From Bigelowiella natans CCMP2755 (lineage: Eukaryota; Protista; Cercozoa), in the NCBI GenBank assembly GCA_000320545.1, contig ADNK01003482.1, positions 62,001 to 126,000 on the forward strand: a DNA stretch of 64,000 nucleotides, in the 5' to 3' direction. Both the position numbers and the translations under genes were made by a program. The notes beneath the pieces were generated by a model. It was not told the DNA's origin. It worked only from the letters and a program-made list of their open reading frames with translations, and searched no databases. Each line of letters opens with the position of its first letter. The stretch's first letter is position 1. Positions 42,399-52,699 of this stretch are shown piece by piece.

Positions 42399-43958
42399 TC
42401 ATGTGTTGACCCTGGCATTAACGTTCTCTGATCTTGACTTATGTTCGCTCCTTGACCCATTTTTGCTTTCCTCCTGGCTACGCCTTTTGAGCGACCCGGA
42501 TGTCATATGCTGGCTACCTTTTCTACCACGGTTTTCCAGAACGTTTAGCCTTTTCCCAAGTGATCTTTGCATATTCTTCTGATCTTTCAAGTTGTTCAGA
42601 TAAAAGTACGCCCATCCATCCATTCGGTCATCCGTACCCACTTCTTCCAGACTTGGGGTTACTCGCACCAAGAAAGGATGATTAGCTCGATTTCTACAAG
42701 GTGGTAGCATAAAGAGCCATAGCGGTATGGAGATGATAACCGCTGGCAACGCAGCGATTGCAAGCCCCCCGGCAATTTGTTTCCCAAGTTGGTCACTAAA
42801 ATCATACTTGACATAATCAGTGCCGTAAGCTAAATCGATCATTTCCTGATCGCAGAGAATAGCGGCCATAATTAGCCCCAGCATTCCGCACGCACCATGC
42901 ACAGCAAATGCGTCAACAGGGTCATCGATCCGGAGCCCAATTTTTATGAGCATACTGCTCAGGCCCATAATCGGACCAGCAAAGATTCCAGTGATGATCG
43001 CGCCCCACCCTCGCATCGTCGCACAGCCTGCGGTCACAGCAACTAAGCCGCCGAGGATTGAATTCATGAGCCCTTCGAAATCGATTTTATATTTTGGATA
43101 GCGCCGCCCCGATGTCTCATTCGTAGCATCCGTGTGACTCCGCGACAGCTCGATATCAACAGCCGATATATTCATGTTCCGATTCCTCAAATAAAAGCAC
43201 ATACGCCAATATCTCAGGCGATCGAAACATAGGTAGCTGATAAGAGAAGCAGCTGGGGCAAGAGCTGTGTTCATGCTGCAGATACCTGCCACTACGCTTT
43301 TACCCCCTGTAATCCCTTTTGTACTTCCGGCGTTGAAACCGAACCACCCAATCCATAGAAGCATAGTTCCCATGAGTGAATGTGTCAGGGAGTGGCCTTT
43401 GATTGATGTCACTCCTTCCTCCATAAACTTCTTTCGAGGGCCAATTATGGCACTCGCCGTGATACCAGCAACGCCACCGCACAGGTGCACAACCCCGGAC
43501 CCAGCAAAGTCAATAAAGCCCCACTTGTACAGCCACCCGTTTGACGCCCAGACCCAGTGGGACAATATAGGATACACCAATAATGACAGAAGAAACGGAA
43601 TGAAAATGTAACTTGTAAGCCGCATGCGTCCGGAGACTGCGCCTGATGCAATGGTGGAGGAGGCAGCTGCGAAGGTCAGCCCAAAGAACATATCTGGGAA
43701 CTCATCCCAGGAATCGGTGAATGAATGGCTAAAAGTACCGACGAAAGAATTTCCGGTGTTGCGCGAAAGTGAGTAGCCCCATGCGAACCACATGAAGCCG
43801 CTAATGGACACGTCCACGACATTTTTTAGCAAGATCGACAATGCGTTCTTGGCTTCCACGCTCCCGAACTCCAGAAGAGCAAATCCCAATTGCATGATGA
43901 AAACGAAAAAGGCACACAGAATGATCCAGCCATTGTCGATATCCTTTTCGAGGGACAT
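42399..43958 (-). CDS. Ammonium transporter (Amt/Mep/Rh family), intronless
   Basis: FIMQLGFALLEFG, DFAGSGVVH, LWIGWFGFN, IDDPVDAFAVHG; twin His conserved; multiple TM segments. First ATG at 43958. Confidence 0.97.
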   Translation of the reverse strand: MSLEKDIDNGWIILCAFFVFIMQLGFALLEFGSVEAKNALSILLKNVVDVSISGFMWFAWGYSLSRNTGNSFVGTFSHSFTDSWDEFPDMFFGLTFAAASSTIASGAVSGRMRLTSYIFIPFLLSLLVYPILSHWVWASNGWLYKWGFIDFAGSGVVHLCGGVAGITASAIIGPRKKFMEEGVTSIKGHSLTHSLMGTMLLWIGWFGFNAGSTKGITGGKSVVAGICSMNTALAPAASLISYLCFDRLRYWRMCFYLRNRNMNISAVDIELSRSHTDATNETSGRRYPKYKIDFEGLMNSILGGLVAVTAGCATMRGWGAIITGIFAGPIMGLSSMLIKIGLRIDDPVDAFAVHGACGMLGLIMAAILCDQEMIDLAYGTDYVKYDFSDQLGKQIAGGLAIAALPAVIISIPLWLFMLPPCRNRANHPFLVRVTPSLEEVGTDDRMDGWAYFYLNNLKDQKNMQRSLGKRLNVLENRGRKGSQHMTSGSLKRRSQEESKNGSRSEHKSRSENVNARVNT

Positions 43959-44169
43959 GGGGTGCAATCAATATCGTTGCCCCCCTCCCTCGGAGTTGTA
44001 ATGATTGTGTCAAAATAGGGGATTTTAGGTATAGATCTATGTACAGCAGAAAAGCACAGAGAAAGAACAGCTTAATATGTAACGGCTCGTGGCTCGTGGC
44101 TGATTTTAGGTGTTTCGTAACTTTCATGCAAATGATAACGCCGGTCACAGGCTTTTGAATGAACATTTC

Positions 44170-46340
44170 ACTGCATTGTCAGTGTTTTTCTCGCGCTTTT
44201 TTTCGAAGGATCGGTTGCTAACACAGGTGGTTTGGAACTAAAATTCAAGACGGAGAATTGATTCTGAAGACAATTTGCCCTGACCTCCTCTTTCGCACCT
44301 TCTTGTTCCGATCCTGATGACAATGTCATCACTTTGTCTGCTTTTTCGGCCATGTCCTCACACAAAAAACTCCGATTGGTGCGACAACTCAGGAGTGTCA
44401 CTGGAACTCCAGTTCCGTGCTGAAGAACTCAGGGCCAAAGTTTGCAATCTGCCCCCACTTCCTCGGTCTCTCCTCTTTGCAATGCTGATGTTGTTCAAAG
44501 TGTCAACCACCTCATCCATCATTGTGCTCACTTGAATGCTGTGAGAAACAAACTTTTCTCGAGTGTGAGAGCAGCTTTGGGCCCAACTAGCCAACTTCTC
44601 CTGCCTGTTCTTCGTTTTTTGATGCTCCTGACTCCATCAAAACTGAAGTTTTGCTGGGTGCTCCTTCGGACAATCTGAACACAGATCATCGTGTGGACAC
44701 AGCGTTCAGGAAGTTCCTGCTCAGAGTGGATGCCTTGCGCCGTCGCCACGTTGCTGCTAGCTGCATTGTCTGTCTCACAGTGGCTAGACGTTGCTCCAAC
44801 TTGAAAAATCCTGCTAGTTCACTGGTCAAAGCCCTCACTGAAGCCAGTTCGAGGCACTGCGTTTCGCACACTGCAAGTGTCTTGCAACACTTTGGAAGTG
44901 TGGTTCATCATCATTGTTCATTGTTCCGCCTGACGCCCCAAAGGGCTGGATCTGGTGTGCCTTCGACTGACAAAGGCAATCGACAGGGCTTTCCTGTGAC
45001 ATTCCGTCGAACCATTGTTCTGCTTGATGATTTGGCTGCTGTTCGCCAAGCTGGTTTTTCCTCATCGCAATGCTCCCAGCTTCCACTCCTCTGGTTCTGC
45101 TGGCCTGGTGCTCCTGTGTCAGGTCTCGAATGCAACTTTCAGTTGGAATCTGGTTTCGATTTGAAAGTGTCAGTCAGAACCTGGGCTCATTCTGACTGCA
45201 CCATTGATTGACAGACAGTTCACCCAGCCTCAACCCCACCATCTTTGGCTTCCTTGCATGCAGGTTGTCAGTCAGTTGTGTCACTGCTCACTGCACCGCC
45301 ACCAACAGGGTGCTGACAAGTCCTCGCAATGATTTTTGTTGAGACGCTGCCGAACTTCTGCACTTCTGTGCATGCATGCGCCAAGTGCAGACGGCCTTTG
45401 CGTGAGCGACTGCTCACACAATCGGCCACTGCACGTCAAGCTTCAGAGCATCGATCACACTCACTAGCAGAGACAAGGATTGCGAAGTGAACGAAGGCGG
45501 ATGACCCCGGATGAACACCAGACACCCCTCTGGCCCTCAATGAAACAAGCGCTCGTCTCAAGGTCCCGCGGGTTCACCACTTCCTTGAGTCTTCCTGGCA
45601 ACGGTGTGTGTGCACAACAACCACCACGCGTGCACGCGACAAGTCTGAACATGGCAAGTCAGAGAGATTGCAGAACACTCGTTCAGTGAAGAGCAAAGTT
45701 GTGCAGCAAGCAGCAAGCAAGTGAAAAAAAAGGTGTCAAGGCTGCTCACCCGGCCATGCATGCCGTGCATTCATCACAATTGAGGGTTTGCATCAATTGA
45801 TCCACACGTCAACCACGTCCACATTGTCACGTGGGCATGGCAAGAAAGATCACAACGCTGGAGCGTGCAGTCGCGCACAATGCACAACATGGCGTTGATC
45901 ACACGATCAAAGTGTTTCAAACGTGTGCCCAGTCACGCGACAACGCAGTTGGTGGCATGTGTCATGATGATGACAGACATGCAATGTGTTGTGCATGTGA
46001 TGTGTTGCAACGCTGTGTTGCGCACGAGGCATGCACGCCATGTGTGCGCACCAAATGCAAATGCTGAGAATGGAGATGCTAGCACGCACTTGACTAGTTG
46101 GACTCAGTGAGATTCAGATCATATCGGCAGAATGTCACTGACACGTGCCAGCAGTTGACAAATTGGTTCAATGTGCCACAGAAGCTCAATAAACGCCGGC
46201 AGCGCATTGGATCCCATTTTGCCTGCAGGACTATAGTTAGCTGGGATGCATGTGACGTGCACAAAATTCACTTGTGTATCGCATGTGAGCATCATTTCAA
46301 TTATGCTTCATGTTTACAACGATTGTGCTATTCTCCAAAG
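44170..46340. mobile_element. Degenerate transposon-derived block, extreme TpA depletion
   Basis: Only 7 TpA between 44241 and 46121, all in CTAG; Tyr-free pseudo-ORFs in the ORF track. Element family not identifiable. Confidence 0.55.
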
Positions 46341-46371
46341 CATTAAATTTAACAACTCTTCATGCATTGCT

Positions 46372-47403
46372 TTAGAACGTGATGACGTACTTTCCCATGG
46401 CCTTGCCAGCTGTTTGTGCAGTGAAGGCTTCAGTTACGCCATCCTTCGTGAAGGGAAAGGTCTTTTCGATATTTATCTTCAATGTTTCATTTGCTAGCAT
46501 GCCCATCAGTTTGTCTTGAACCTCGACACTGGTTTTCAAACAGAAAAACGAGGCATATTTAAACTCCTTGTGGGCTGTTGGGCTATGTCCTGCATCAGGG
46601 TTTGAAATACTGACGAAGGACCCTCCCTCCTTTACAATTTTCTTTGCTTTTTCAAAGCCACCATTCTCGCCGATAGAATCAAACACTGCATCGATTCCCT
46701 TTAGATCCTCACATTCCTCCCACTTTGTTTCTCTGTAGTTGATAATTTTGTCGGCACCCGTAGTCTTAACGTATTCCATAGTACGGGCTGATGCCGTGGT
46801 AGCAACGTATGCACCCATTGATTTAGCGAGCTGGCATCCAAGGTATCCGACAGCACCTGATCCACCTAAGATTAATACCTTCGATTCTTTTCCCACTCCG
46901 ACTGCCTTGAGCGATTGATATGCTGTTGTTCCTACGAGAGCAACCGCAGCAGCCTGCTCAAATGATACCTTCGAGTTCTTCTTTGATACCTTGTTCGCTG
47001 GGAGCACACAGTATTCAGCGAAAGTCCCAGCGATCGGCCCCTTCTTTTGATCGCCAGCATTATCGTTGTGACAGCCCATCTGCTGGCCGACGTCTAGAGA
47101 CCAATTTACAGAGAACACCTCATCACCAACCTTGAAACCCTCAACCCCTTCACCGATAGCTTCTACCACACCGGAAACATCATAGCCTGGTACGTAAGGA
47201 CTAGGTTGACCCCAGCCAGCTCCTTTCAAAAGGCCGGCCATAACCATTGGATCAATGGGGTTCAGAGCAGCAGCTTTCGCCTTTATAAGAAGCTGACCAG
47301 TTTCCAACTTCGGCTTCTCAACTTCAACGGGAGCGAGGGATTGGGACTTCCAATCCTTGTACTCTTTTACAACAATAGCTTTCATAGTCTTAATCTCACT
47401 CAT
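46372..47403 (-). CDS. NADPH-dependent quinone oxidoreductase-like MDR-family protein, intronless
   Basis: AAALNPID, PYVPGYDVSGVV, GTFAEY, Rossmann GGSGAVG, GKYVI; lacks the ADH zinc ligands. Confidence 0.93.
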   Translation of the reverse strand: MSEIKTMKAIVVKEYKDWKSQSLAPVEVEKPKLETGQLLIKAKAAALNPIDPMVMAGLLKGAGWGQPSPYVPGYDVSGVVEAIGEGVEGFKVGDEVFSVNWSLDVGQQMGCHNDNAGDQKKGPIAGTFAEYCVLPANKVSKKNSKVSFEQAAAVALVGTTAYQSLKAVGVGKESKVLILGGSGAVGYLGCQLAKSMGAYVATTASARTMEYVKTTGADKIINYRETKWEECEDLKGIDAVFDSIGENGGFEKAKKIVKEGGSFVSISNPDAGHSPTAHKEFKYASFFCLKTSVEVQDKLMGMLANETLKINIEKTFPFTKDGVTEAFTAQTAGKAMGKYVITF

Positions 47404-47817
47404 AGTTTCTGTTGAAAAAGTGAACCTCGTCCCTCTCTGTAATCAAAGTATTCGATTCGATTCTGCAAGAGCACGCGAGAGCACAGCTTGTGTTCGAGAC
47501 CTAGAAAGCACGTCGCACGTACATAGCCACCGCCAAAACCACGTCATTTTACCCAAAAAAATCATGTTAAGGAAGGAAAAATGCGATTTTCCCTGAAAGT
47601 AACCGGATTTTCTTTGGGTTCCGTTGCCCTGGTCGAGGTGTTGATTCACCAACACAAACAACAACATTCTTGCATGCAGTTACTTCTCGAACAGAACCTA
47701 TCGGTAACAGATTATTTTCTACAATCACCAACAAAGCCGCTCTCGGAAACGCCCTGGGTCTGATCTTTAGGGGGGGGGAAGGGCGAGAAGGAGGGAGTTA
47801 TTCTAAAGGATACGATT

Positions 47818-48946
47818 ATGAGTGATGTTAAGGGAAATGCTAGAAGTGAGAGGGGGATAGTGAAAAAGTATAAGTGGGGAGATGAATCGGTAAGTCTTGA
47901 GTTGTGGTGTTGCAGGGAAGGGCCAGAGCTAATCGAGTTCTGGGAGGCTCTCATGGGTGACGACCCTGTGAAACATGAAGATGACGAGAAATCAGAGGGA
48001 AAGACAACAGTAAAGGAGATTGATCTACCCGGAATGGAAATGATGATTAAGTCGAGTGATGGAAAGGACGGCACCGATTTTCAGATCGATGTACACATTT
48101 ACTTCCTTGGTAGAAGAAGATCTCCCGTGACAGCTATGTTTGTTTCCTAAGCCCACTTTCACTTTGGATGAGATGATGTCACGGGCCATGGAATTGGAGA
48201 AGGTAAAGTAACTTACTCCCCCGATACATCACTGTGTGGAAAACGCTTACGATTCACTTACATTGACAGGAAAAACAATATCGGTTCGCCTGCGATTACT
48301 ATCTGTACTGCTTGGAACAGTCAACATCTCAGAATGCCTTCGTCATTTGTGCAAAATGCTTGAATCGGCTGGCGGCCATATGTTCCAACAATGGAAAATA
48401 CCAAGCAGCGGTGAGCAGTTTTAAAACTGTATTCAAAATTGATGCTCAAATTCGAAATAAATTTGCATGTATTCAGGTAAAGTATCGCCACGCTGAAAAA
48501 CTACTGTACGAATCCAGCTTACTCCGAGAACTCCATCTTGGTGATATTGTACAAAAACACTTCATGTAAAATTGCGTCCTCAAGCTAATAAGTGCGACTA
48601 AGACCACAAACTACTTTTCACAGAGAGCATAACTGTCGACGCAAAAGATTCTAAAGATACCTCATCCGGCGATGAAAAGACAGCAATGGCAGACTTAGAT
48701 GGAAAAGAGATGCCAGTAGACGAAAGCGAAGCTCCCAGGAAAGGAGCAGCAGCTACTTCTGCAACAAAATCGTCGGCATCCACAGCTTCTCCACCAGTCA
48801 CTGCGAAAGATGTTGTGCCCCTCAAGTCAGATCCACAGATCAAAGAGGCACAAGTAATACGTCGTTCCGTTTTTAAAAGGAACATAAGTACAGTACTACG
48901 TTGCAGATAAAAAGGAGTGCGTGTGAACGTGCATGCGTTGTGTGTA

Positions 48947-48987
<41 letters not shown>

Positions 48988-49781
48988 TCTTTATTGATTG
49001 TATTGGACACGGTGATTTACTTTGGGGAATGTAGGCACGAGCTTTCGAAAAAATTGCGGAGCTCTTCTTCACCCAAAACAACAAGGACATGGCACAGGCG
49101 TATGCAATGAAGGTAACAACATATTCCTTTAATCTTATTTCCATAACCACGTCAATTTCTTTCATAGGCCATCAGAATCCGCCACAAGGAAACAGAGTTG
49201 AATACTCAGTATGCAAAAGTAGTTCATTGAAAATTTCTAGAGCCAGGATAATCAGAACCTTTCCTTTTGAACACGAAGAAAAACAATTGCTGTCGCACAG
49301 GTTTCCTCTGACCTTACGGAATCCTTCACAGCCGCAAAGAAGATGTACTTTCAGTCTTAATCAATTATCATCACTCTAATCGACACCGTTTTAGATATTT
49401 ATAATTATACCTATCATTATTTTTGTTTCGAATGTTTCTGTGGCAAGGTATTCTAATGCTCTATCAGCGTACGAGCGAACGGCAAGGAGGAGACGATTTC
49501 TTCACGATATTGATGAGACGGAACTTTCTCCAGTTGAGGATAAGAAGCAAAAAACTCTTGATAGCTACTCCGATGAAGGAAAATTCACCAACGAAAATAA
49601 ATCTGAATCAGTAGACAAAGAAGAGGGTTCGGTCTCACCCTTTATAGAACGGTGGTTGTACGTCATTACATTCATAGTGCTGATTGTAGCAATAATAATA
49701 GCTTGGGGTATGCGTACTTTCAGCAGCTGGACTGTTTTCTCTCATAAGGTTGCACGTTGGTACGCAAAGTATACGAGGTAA
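47818..49781 (+). CDS. TPR-like protein with C-terminal transmembrane anchor (multi-exon)
   Basis: TPR-like helices (LAAICSNNGKYQAA; ARAFEKIAELFFTQNNKDMAQAYAMK|AIRIR) and terminal WLYVITFIVLIVAIIIAWG followed by a basic tail. Confidence 0.5.
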
Positions 49782-49789
49782 AATCGGAC

Positions 49790-49905
49790 AAACACAATAG
49801 CGGAAACAAACAGATGTAACATAAGCGGTGTAGCCGTAGCATTACACAGCTACATTAGGATGACAATTTAAAAAAATTAATCACTTCACTACATCCGTCT
49901 CATAT
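49790..49905 (+). mobile_element. LINE 3'-end remnant abutting a gene stop codon (TpA largely retained)
   Basis: gaaacaaacagatgtaacataagcggtgtagccg...tacattaggatgacaatttaaaaaaattaa...acatccgtctcata. Confidence 0.8.
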
Positions 49906-50099
49906 GTGCGAGAGCATGTGCACATGTACACAATGCAACATGCCGTGGTAATGTCAGTTGAAGTCAAAGACTTACGATGTACGCATGTCTGATGTTCAAA
50001 TGCTCACAGTCTAGATGGCACTATGTTCGCATCCATGTCGACTGCTGGCCACATGGACATGCATGCATTTCACAGCCCTAGCGTAGCTAGCTAGGGGAA

Positions 50100-50385
50100 G
50101 ACGTGAGATGGATGTGATGAAGTGATTGAATCTTTTTCAATGGTGTCCACAATGGTCCTCCTGACGTAGTTGTGCAAAGCAGCGGTCATAGCGCCTCACG
50201 TACGTTGTGCTCGTCTCTATCTTGCCATCACGTCGTGCTTCATCCATTTGTTTGATCGAAAATAAGTGTCCATCTTTCTGTCGTCGATGTCGCGCAGAAG
50301 CGCAGCTGTCCGTGCTCCTTTTTCAGCTGTTGCCAGTCGCTCAGTGTCGTCATTTCGATTCATGATGGCAGTCAATTAGTTCCGT
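50100..50385 (-). mobile_element. LINE 3'-end remnant
   Basis: Reverse complement reads AIMNRNDDTERLATAEKGARTAA... and carries the terminal acatccatctcac. Confidence 0.75.
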
Positions 50386-50871
50386 AGTCTGAGCGCTATA
50401 GCGTATCTGATGCAGAGCCTGCTGTGGCATTTGTCGTCAGTGTGTTGTGACAACAATGTAATCTTAAAATTTAGGTGAGAATGAAACACCACACCCACAT
50501 GTGGATGCTTTATCTTTATCGGGAATGAATTTAAATTTACTTTCATATAGTTCATTTTTGCAATTGTGGCATTGCTTCTATATGACATGCTCACATGATT
50601 TGCACGTGACATCTTTCTTTTCTGCGCACGCAGCACACATCAGGGCTAGCACAGTGCCATAGTGTGTGCATTTGTGCTGCTTTTACAAGCAATGCATGCG
50701 CGCTGCGGATTGGCCATGTCTATATGTCATGCTCGCTACCCACACCATTAATGTCATATTGTCACTACGGATGCAAATTATCAACCAAATAACAACTTTG
50801 TTATCAGAAGGCGAGAAAAGAAGGCATACATGCTAGATTGTACGTCATCAAAAAGCTTTGCTTCCACAGTG

Positions 50872-51543
50872 TTATCGAAGCTTCAAGACGATTATCACCT
50901 TTGTGTCTCCAACAATACCGCAGCTTCTGAGTGTCCGCCAAAAATATTTGTTCATCTCTGAAAATGCGCCAGCTTTCTTAAAAGTCTGTTGTGTGAGTGG
51001 GACTCCCTCCTTATCCTGATACATGCTCATCACTTGCCTCCATGTTTCATCTCCAGTAAGCTCGAAGGAATTGGATTTTCCAGTGAGCGAAAGAATGCTT
51101 AATGTGAACTTATCCTTTGGAGCTTCTAAAGATTCAGGTATCTCATCGTACATTTTAGCTTCTCTGACCTTGTACTCATCCTCCGCCACCTCCTCAATCT
51201 TTACTTTCACCGTCCCATCAAATCCAGCAGACGCGACATTGACTCGTCTATATTCCATGGAAAAAAGGTCTACCTGCTGCCCATTTAAAGTATGTTCCCA
51301 TTTCCAGCGATATGGATTTGGAAGTTCCTCATTGTAGGCGTCATATGCTTTGATCATAACTTCGAGAAATTTCGTGGTAGATGTAGCTTTCACGGTTACT
51401 TCCTTACCACCCGGAAGCGATAGTTCGAGTGTAGCGCCATCCCATTTATCTTTTTGGCACAATACCAATGTCTTTTTTTTATCTTTCTGATCTTCCTCTG
51501 TATTCTTCGTGAGTTTCGAAGGTTTGCTCGCTCCACACCCCAT
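50872..51543 (-). CDS. Predicted N-myristoylated/palmitoylated protein with ubiquitin-like domain(s), intronless
   Basis: Starts MGCGASK. C-terminal TLSILSLTGKSNSFELTGDETWRQV..YQDKEGVPLTQQ..TLRSCGIVGDTKVIIVLKLR aligns with ubiquitin/NEDD8. Confidence 0.8.
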   Translation of the reverse strand: MGCGASKPSKLTKNTEEDQKDKKKTLVLCQKDKWDGATLELSLPGGKEVTVKATSTTKFLEVMIKAYDAYNEELPNPYRWKWEHTLNGQQVDLFSMEYRRVNVASAGFDGTVKVKIEEVAEDEYKVREAKMYDEIPESLEAPKDKFTLSILSLTGKSNSFELTGDETWRQVMSMYQDKEGVPLTQQTFKKAGAFSEMNKYFWRTLRSCGIVGDTKVIIVLKLR

Positions 51544-52038
51544 AGGTACGAACGTTCGTTACAATAATTCAAATGAGCCAGACTACAAAATGCTCCAGCA
51601 TGCGACAACGATCGAAAATATTTTCCGCTGAATTTCATTATCACCGTGGTGAAATGCGGCTTTCCCAACTTCATCTCGATACGGAGGATTGAAGAATTCG
51701 CCGACGGGGCGCTTCTCCGATCTTTTAAAGTCAAGAATGCGTTTACTTTCGCGTGGTTTTCAATCTAAATGACACTTTGATCAACATAAAAGATAAATTT
51801 GGCCTGCTTTAGAAGTTTTTTGCCAGGAGAAATCCTCTCTGTCACATCGGAAAATAGTAAGGTAATGGCGCCCGGCCTGCGATCTTTGTGAGAGTGTAAC
51901 AAGGGACAGGCTCTAACAATTTCTTATGTTGGGGGTCGGGGAGTGATTAGAGCTCCATTTACCTATTTTTGTATGTGGATCAGCGAATTAGTCAGTACCC
52001 TTTTACGTATCCTAAATAAATGCTCCTAATTTTATCAG

Positions 52039-52294
52039 ATGGCAAAATCAAAGAACCATACCGCTCATAACCAGTCATACAAGGCTCACCGTCATGGAAT
52101 CAAAAAGCCAAAGTCCAACAAGCACAGATCTTTGAAAGGGGTGAGCTACTCATTTCATTCATCGGAACGATTTTTATCTTACATTTTTTTAATTCATATG
52201 CCAGATGGACCCTAAGTTTCTTAGAAACCTCCGTAGGGCTAAGAAAAAGATGCGTCAACTCGCTATGCAAAAGAAGGCAGAATCCAAGGAATAG
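52039..52294 (+). CDS. RPL29: 60S ribosomal protein L29 (eL29), intron 52141-52204
   Basis: [25 protein letters not shown]...SLKG|MDPKFLRN; probable 5'-UTR intron ending at 52038. Confidence 0.98.
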
Positions 52295-52699
52295 ATTATT
52301 GGAGTGAATGTGATGACGATGGAGATGATTGTAGTTCTGCAGTCTTTAGATTCATGCACGTCTGCTAAATGTGCGATGATTACGATCATCTTCATCACTG
52401 CTTTATTTATATCTTGAAAAAATACATTCATAATCGATGCGGACAAATTTTGCGATTGATGATATCTATGATAACAAAATTGCCTGAGTAGTAAACGTAT
52501 TCTATGTGACATAGGGGAGATGTAACATTGGTGTATTTTCATATTTTGAAAATGTAGAACTATATTCCACCCACAACTCAACATATTTAAGAAGGAAAGA
52601 AATGACGTTTTACAGTTGCAAAATAGCTTTGGAGAAGGGGGATAATTTCACACTGCTAGATCTAGAGATGAGGAGTGGCCTTCATGCTCCCTTTTCACA

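Noticed and set aside
44400-45140. Tyrosine-recombinase (DIRS/Crypton-like) identity for the degenerate block
   Set aside because: Only a vague helical resemblance; no catalytic motif recoverable by eye. Would need a profile search after in-silico TG/CA->TA reversion.
44651-45211. 186-aa ORF and neighbouring overlapping ORFs as genes
   Set aside because: Open frames here follow from the loss of TAA/TAG stops in TpA-free DNA; no Tyr and no recognisable domain.
44241-46121. CpG methylation decay or classical RIP as the cause of the TG/CA excess
   Set aside because: CpG remains frequent, CpG decay cannot remove TpA, and RIP would increase TpA.
51862-52038. snoRNA in the RPL29 5'-UTR intron
   Set aside because: No convincing C/D or H/ACA box pair visible.
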